Assembly: GCA_002633005.1 (NCBI GenBank)
Contig: NMRA01000842.1
Span: forward strand, 1-55,973
From: Phoronis australis
Lineage: Eukaryota; Animalia; Phoronida
Reading direction: 5' to 3'
Length of the DNA stretch: 55,973 bases
Part shown: one piece after another, positions 50,801 through 55,973 of the stretch
Numbering within the stretch: position 1 is the first letter of the stretch
Layout: each line of letters begins with the position of its first letter
Notes under the pieces: generated by a model
The model's database searches: none
The model's input: only the letters and a program-made list of their open reading frames with translations
What the model was told of the DNA's origin: nothing
Made by a program: the position numbers and the translations under genes

Positions 50801-52359
50801 AAATTTCACCTGAACAAAAATTTAAACACTTATATGCACGTGACTGATAGTTGCTGAGATAGTTTCATCTCTAAATTATTTCGCGTGCAAGATGCGCTCA
50901 TAATTACCATATTTCACCATTGTGTGGGATCGTGAGACCAAATTTCTGTCTGAAGTCATAAGCCACTTTCATGCAACCAACCCGTGGTCAAAAGTCTTCC
51001 ATTCTCGTCATTTCTCGCACAGGCGTTAAGTTTTCATTAGGCTTACCTAGACAAACTCGAGTTGAGCAACCCTCAGTCGAATTTCCCGAACAATCCTCGC
51101 CATTACCCACAGGTGCTGGCCTGGTGCAGGTTCTTGTCTTGTACGTCTCCCCGTTGCCGCAAGTTACACGGCATCTGAGGTCTTCCGAGCTCCACTCACT
51201 CCAATATCCTTTCACTGAAATACAGCACACATCACGAATTTTTGGCCGACCGGTCGGAAATTGGTCGACGACCGGCCGTCGACCGGTCGGCAAATTAGCC
51301 GACCGGTCGGCTAAAAATTAGCCGACTGGCAGCCGCCCGCAGTGCCGACTCATAAGGCGACCCCACAGCCGACCCTTCAGCCGACCCTTTAGCCGACCGG
51401 CCATCAGCCGACCAGCTGGTCGGCTGCTATTTTTAGGCTAGAGTAGCAGTTGCGTAATAGGTTGTCAGGCTCATACCACTTTGCGTGTCGATGCATATTC
51501 GTCTTAGCACAGGGTCAAATAAATTAACCTAGTTTTGCTGTCTCGGTTACATGAGTTCACGTCGGTTGTGTAACACCACTACTTCGAAGGTTGAAGGCAA
51601 GCGGCATTAGTAAACATTGGATTATGGACAATGCAACAAGTTTTGGATGAAAAACGTGAAAGTTTTCTTTACATTTGATCTTTAATTTGACTCCTGACGT
51701 TAACAAATTGTATTAGATCGGTTGCTTCCCGGTCAATACAACGCTGTATAGTCATTTTGTAAACGCGGCTGTTTTTCGCAGTCTTCGCCCACAATTGATT
51801 TTGTTTGTGTAACGCCAAACTGCATCGTTTTTGCGTGTTTTAAGTTATTCACCGGTCTCCTATCACGCGCCCATGATGAAGGATTAGTGAGTGAGTTGTT
51901 ACACCGCGAAGAGTTCTCACTCCGGGGATTTTATTTTCATAGTATTGACCCGGCGAAATTCACGGTCCAGTATGCCCTAAACCCATGGACTTCTACGGCT
52001 CTAACTTCGAAATCATACTATGGTTACGATTTCCACGAACTATGACGGTGACATCAAACACGGAATGACCACTGTTGAGGCTACAGCCAATTGTAGCTTT
52101 GCGCATTCTGTTTTCATGTATCGGTGACGTTAAAATCTGGGCTAGTTACATGTACACGTAGGCCCCTATCAGTTGGTCGTTCACGTTGTTCCAAAAATAA
52201 ACACTTTCTGTCAACAACATATTGACAAATTATGTAAAATAAAACAATTGTGAACGGGAAGATGTGAATACGTGGTGAAGAGGTATTGTCTCTACGCGGC
52301 ATATGTGCGTGAATCTTTGGTAAAGCGATTGCGATGGCAAAAAATGATAGAAAATACAT
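47333..52359 (-). CDS. Predicted secreted signal peptide + TSP1 + TLDc protein, 244 aa; complement(join(47333..47811,51047..51214,52272..52359))
   Basis: Three exons joined by two phase-1 GT-AG introns give a 735-nt open frame. Confidence 0.78.
50220..50285. repeat. Nested palindrome of AAAATGTAAC units, probably a MITE end
   Basis: Perfect 26-bp palindrome 50240-50265 inside cgtaaaatgtaacaa / ttgttacattttacg; another unit near 50164. Confidence 0.85.
51047..51214 (-). CDS. Thrombospondin type-1 repeat exon (phase 1-1)
   Basis: GYWSEWS...CRVTCGNG..RTCTRPAP..NGEDC.G....C...C (6 Cys); tatttcag| ... G|gtaagc; 168 nt. Confidence 0.92.
51240..51435. repeat. GC-rich CCGAC/GTCGG palindromic repeat cluster (MITE-like)
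   Basis: Several gccgaccggtcgg palindromes and agccgacc direct repeats. Confidence 0.8.
52272..52359 (-). CDS. Signal-peptide exon MYFLSFFAIAIALPKIHAHMPRRDNTSSP
   Basis: ATG at 52359, hydrophobic core, phase-1 donor C|gtattc compatible with the TSP1 exon; TATAAAT about 40 nt upstream. Confidence 0.62.
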
Positions 52360-52649
52360 CAAGGTGCACTTTTGAGAAGCAAAGCGTCTGGTGATATTTA
52401 TAGCGTATGATCTGGCCACCTCAGGTAGTAAGTGACGCTGAATGAGAAGTGGCAACTACATGTTTGGCTTGTAACGCCACCCCTCCCCGAGTTTTGCCAA
52501 TTCTAATCAGTCACCACTCGAGATTTGGTTCCGTTTCATTCCTAAAATCACAAAATAATTCTTCTGTGCTCAGCTGTAAGAAAAAATACAATTTTTTGAA
52601 ATGGTGCTCAGTCTTAAAAAAGTTTCCATTATGAGAACGCTTTATCAGA

Positions 52650-52907
52650 AATGCCAAGCACACGCAGCGTTGTAAGACAGAGACGTTGGCGTTTCCGTAT
52701 GTCCACAAAAGTGCTTTGAGCAGTGTTTACAAATTTGTTCATTTCGCTTTTCTACACTGACGACTATGGTCAAAACGGTGTTTTAAAAAAGTACACTTTT
52801 GACGGCATTTTCAAAAAAATATTTTGGTTGATGAATTCACCGAGTCGGTGCCACGGGCAGAAAACGTATCTGCGTAAAGAAAGAGTTGCGTTTTCAAAAC
52901 ATTCAGA
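52650..52907. mobile_element. Old non-autonomous DNA-transposon fragment, possibly Harbinger-type
   Basis: Recurrent aaacggtgtttt / gcattttcaaaa / gttgcgttttcaaaa blocks; family call from recall only. Confidence 0.35.
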
Positions 52908-55900
52908 GCATGAGCTCAAGGACTACCTGAAAAAGAAAATAAAACCGAATACCAAACAGAAACTTGTCCGTTGATCATATAGCTCTTGGAAAACTGTTAC
53001 CCCGAAGAAATGTGCAAAATACGAACGTCATTTACGGAAGGTTGTACCAGAAGTGATTCGTTGCCGGCAGTGGAGCCGCCACGGGATAGTAAAAACACGG
53101 TGATGTGCAATAGTTAGCTGAATGGAAAGCTGAAGCGGAAAAATTCAGAACACACATTTTCTATTCAGGAATTGAAATCTCTGTAGAATCAAAAACAATT
53201 GACAACCAGGATTTATTGCGTCAGAAAACTTATCACGCCAGGAGAGAATTCTTTTCATGCCCGGAGACTACGTGGTCACCCATTATGCAATGATGGCAAT
53301 CCAGTGTGTACCTATCCATTGGCATCTATTGTAAAACGTGGATTAGACGAAAGAAATTCAACTGCATTTCCAAGATAATATGTCTTGTCGGCAAGAGGTT
53401 GAACATTTAGCCCTTGTTTATACGTATAGTACGAACATTATCACTTTGAAGGATCAATGCTTGGGGATGGTGACGGGGTGTTCTGGCGTGTAAAGTTACT
53501 GACGTGGTAAGTTTTTGAACGTGGCTTATTAAATTTTCAGTTCGGTCGTATTTTATTTTGATCCTGAAGTGAAGAATTTTTGGTCCTCACTTGATACATT
53601 ATAGGTGCTGATGTGATAAATTTCAGTCTTGACGTGGTGAATTTTAGTCTTTATTTTTTTTTTTTTTTGGTCTTCTGTGTGAAAACAATCTCAATGTATT
53701 GGATTGTTTTAATTCCTGCTTAAGTAAAATTTCTGGTTTTGAGATATTTATCTTTGGTCCTGGAGAGTTAACATGTTTTGCTTGGTTTTAATCTTGTATA
53801 GAAAATATATGTTGTTAAATGTTGCAAATTAGGCCTCCCATAAATGTGAGAGAGCAAGTTGTGTAGCAGCGTTCTGTGTAACTTCTTATATAAATCTAGG
53901 TGTTCGTGATTTAGTAATACTATGAAAAATGAGTAGTTATGACTATGAAAAATGAGTAGTTGTGGATTCTTTTGAAATACTGTATCCTTTGTATATGCCT
54001 GGTGTAGATGGCTCAGTGTGATATTATGTAAGCCTTATTATCCTCTATGGCTTAACAACTATATATCTTCATTCATGCCTAGAGGTACTCCCAGGATCAT
54101 CAAGCATGTGTGTGTATGTTTTTAGTCTAATGAGGCGTGCTTCGAATGTACAATTAGTAATCATACTTTTACAGTGGTTCATATCAAACGGATTCATTAA
54201 ATCCAGTAAATATTTTTGCAACTGCCGATCTGCATATTAGACATGTATATTGCATCATACCTCATCAGAGTAAAACTTGTTATCAATCATAGTAGAAACA
54301 TTTATTTTTATCATTGCCACAAGACGTTAACAAACGCAGTCAGTGTCTGTAACTGTTGTGTCTACATTGCTGATGAATTAAAGTCGGTCTAATTCCATTT
54401 TTATATCACTGATTCATGCCAAAGGTTTGAAATTGCGCCCCCTTAAGAGTTTTGACTTGCCCTGGTGATCACTAGAATCCGATGCAATAAACTTATAGAA
54501 GTTGTTTTTTAACCAGGGTAATAGAGCTGAAAATTTTGTGCGTTTTCGTTTGCGAGAGTGTTCTTTTTGAATCACTGGGTTAATAATTTTTACGCTCTAC
54601 ATGAAAACACAGACAAGTTTTTTAGGATTACCTGTACCAGGTTACCCCGAAAATATTATTTTCAAAGTTTTACCCCCTGGAGTATACGCGAAACGCCAAT
54701 AATTGTGTTCTTACGCCAAAGGGCTCGGAAGGCTCTAGCCTTGGTGCGAAGGTGTTTACTAAATTAAATATACAAATTTGCGCCGTTGTGGGTAAAAACT
54801 GACCGAATAAAATCTTCCTAGAATAATCTAAATTATTTACCAGCGTTGCAAAATTTGGTTTTCTACAATTATTCTGCTGCTAAAATTAGGGTATAACCTT
54901 TTGCGTCGACTTTCGACGCAATGAAATATTGCGTCACCTATTAGTCAGTTTCTTTTTCCCAGATTCTTCAATCAAACGTTCTCCCTCGAGGTTGCGTAAA
55001 CGTCAAGACGTCAGAATTGGTTTCACTTCATTATATGTTTTTGGAATTTTGATATCAGTGAACCAAATTTTGCTGAGATGTTGTCACCATATAATGGGAG
55101 ATGTCGAAAACATTTTGAAAGCGGCGCGTGTCACGAATGAACTCTTTTCAAAACGACGACATACGTTTTTTCGTTAAAAAAGGCAGAGAATTACGCAAGA
55201 AGATGACGTCGGATGTTTTTCGTTTAAACGGCCGTAACGGGTAACTTGAATGCCAATTGGCTTCCAGAGTTTGCATGCAAATTCGCCTGTCTTGAGCTCA
55301 TGTTGATACAAGCTTTTCGACGAGGTGACAAGCGTACATGTAACTATCCGGGCTGTGTGAAGTTTCGAGGTCTGTTTGAGCTCAATACGCAGTGGCACCT
55401 TGCTGTATTTTGAAAATAGTCTTCACAGCTAGCTGGCTAGATAGGAAGGCTCTAGCTTCGAAAATTTTTTTATTGCGAAAGTGACAACAATTTGAGAATG
55501 ATGATGGATGATGGATTACACTATAAACCGATCACAGTCTTCCGTTTTCATGCACCCATGATTTAATATCGGTGCTATGTTCAAACCATTGTTTATATTG
55601 TTCCTAAAATAAACTTGGGTTCTATTGCTGTACCAGCATATTAAGAAATTATACAGAAATAAACAATAATTATCTCTGGTAAAGCGCAATATACAGCGTG
55701 ATGAAGTGATGATCAAGAGCAATAACGGATGAGCGCAAGTGCGTGCTGCTTGTTGTGCAATCCGCGGCATGAAAACATTTGAGGTCGTAAAATATCCAGT
55801 GTTGTATTCTGATTTTTATGCAATTGCTGTAAATTTCAAATTTCGTGCTTGTTTTTATGCATAATGCACTGCATAAAAAATCTGATATCTAAAGTTAGAA

Positions 55901-55973
55901 ATTAATTTCCGCTATATCACTTAACGTTTGATTTTACCACGCCGTCATTAATTCAACATAAGGTTTTCGGCTT

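Noticed and set aside
52900-52945. Strong minus-strand acceptor as an extra coding exon of the TLDc gene
   Set aside because: All three frames reach a stop within about 8 codons; at most a UTR exon

Overview
AT-rich animal genomic DNA, probably from a marine invertebrate (inferred from spliceosomal introns, MITEs, a CR1/L2-type LINE and frequent TACATGTA). It is not prokaryotic, and most six-frame ORFs are spurious. Three spliced genes were built by hand from GT-AG sites and intron phase. (1) A + strand 7-exon coiled-coil protein of unknown family (CDS 14908-23643, 293 aa). (2) A + strand TNIP2/ABIN-2-like NF-kB regulator (CDS 30385-37355, 565 aa) with EABR-like segment, UBAN and C-terminal NEMO-type zinc finger. 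It has its own kB/CRE/AP-1/CTCF-motif promoter and a long inverted repeat just after the stop. (3) A - strand 3-exon gene (CDS 52359-47333, 244 aa) predicted to encode signal peptide + TSP1 + a Cys-containing TLDc domain. An apparently secreted TLDc protein is the most unusual element in the window. The rest contains minisatellites, CA..TG-ended non-autonomous DNA transposons with 5-bp TSDs, an internally deleted LINE, a THAP/P2X7-C-terminal-like (Kolobok-like) relic and a 193-N assembly gap. No database searches were run, so family calls rest on motif recognition.
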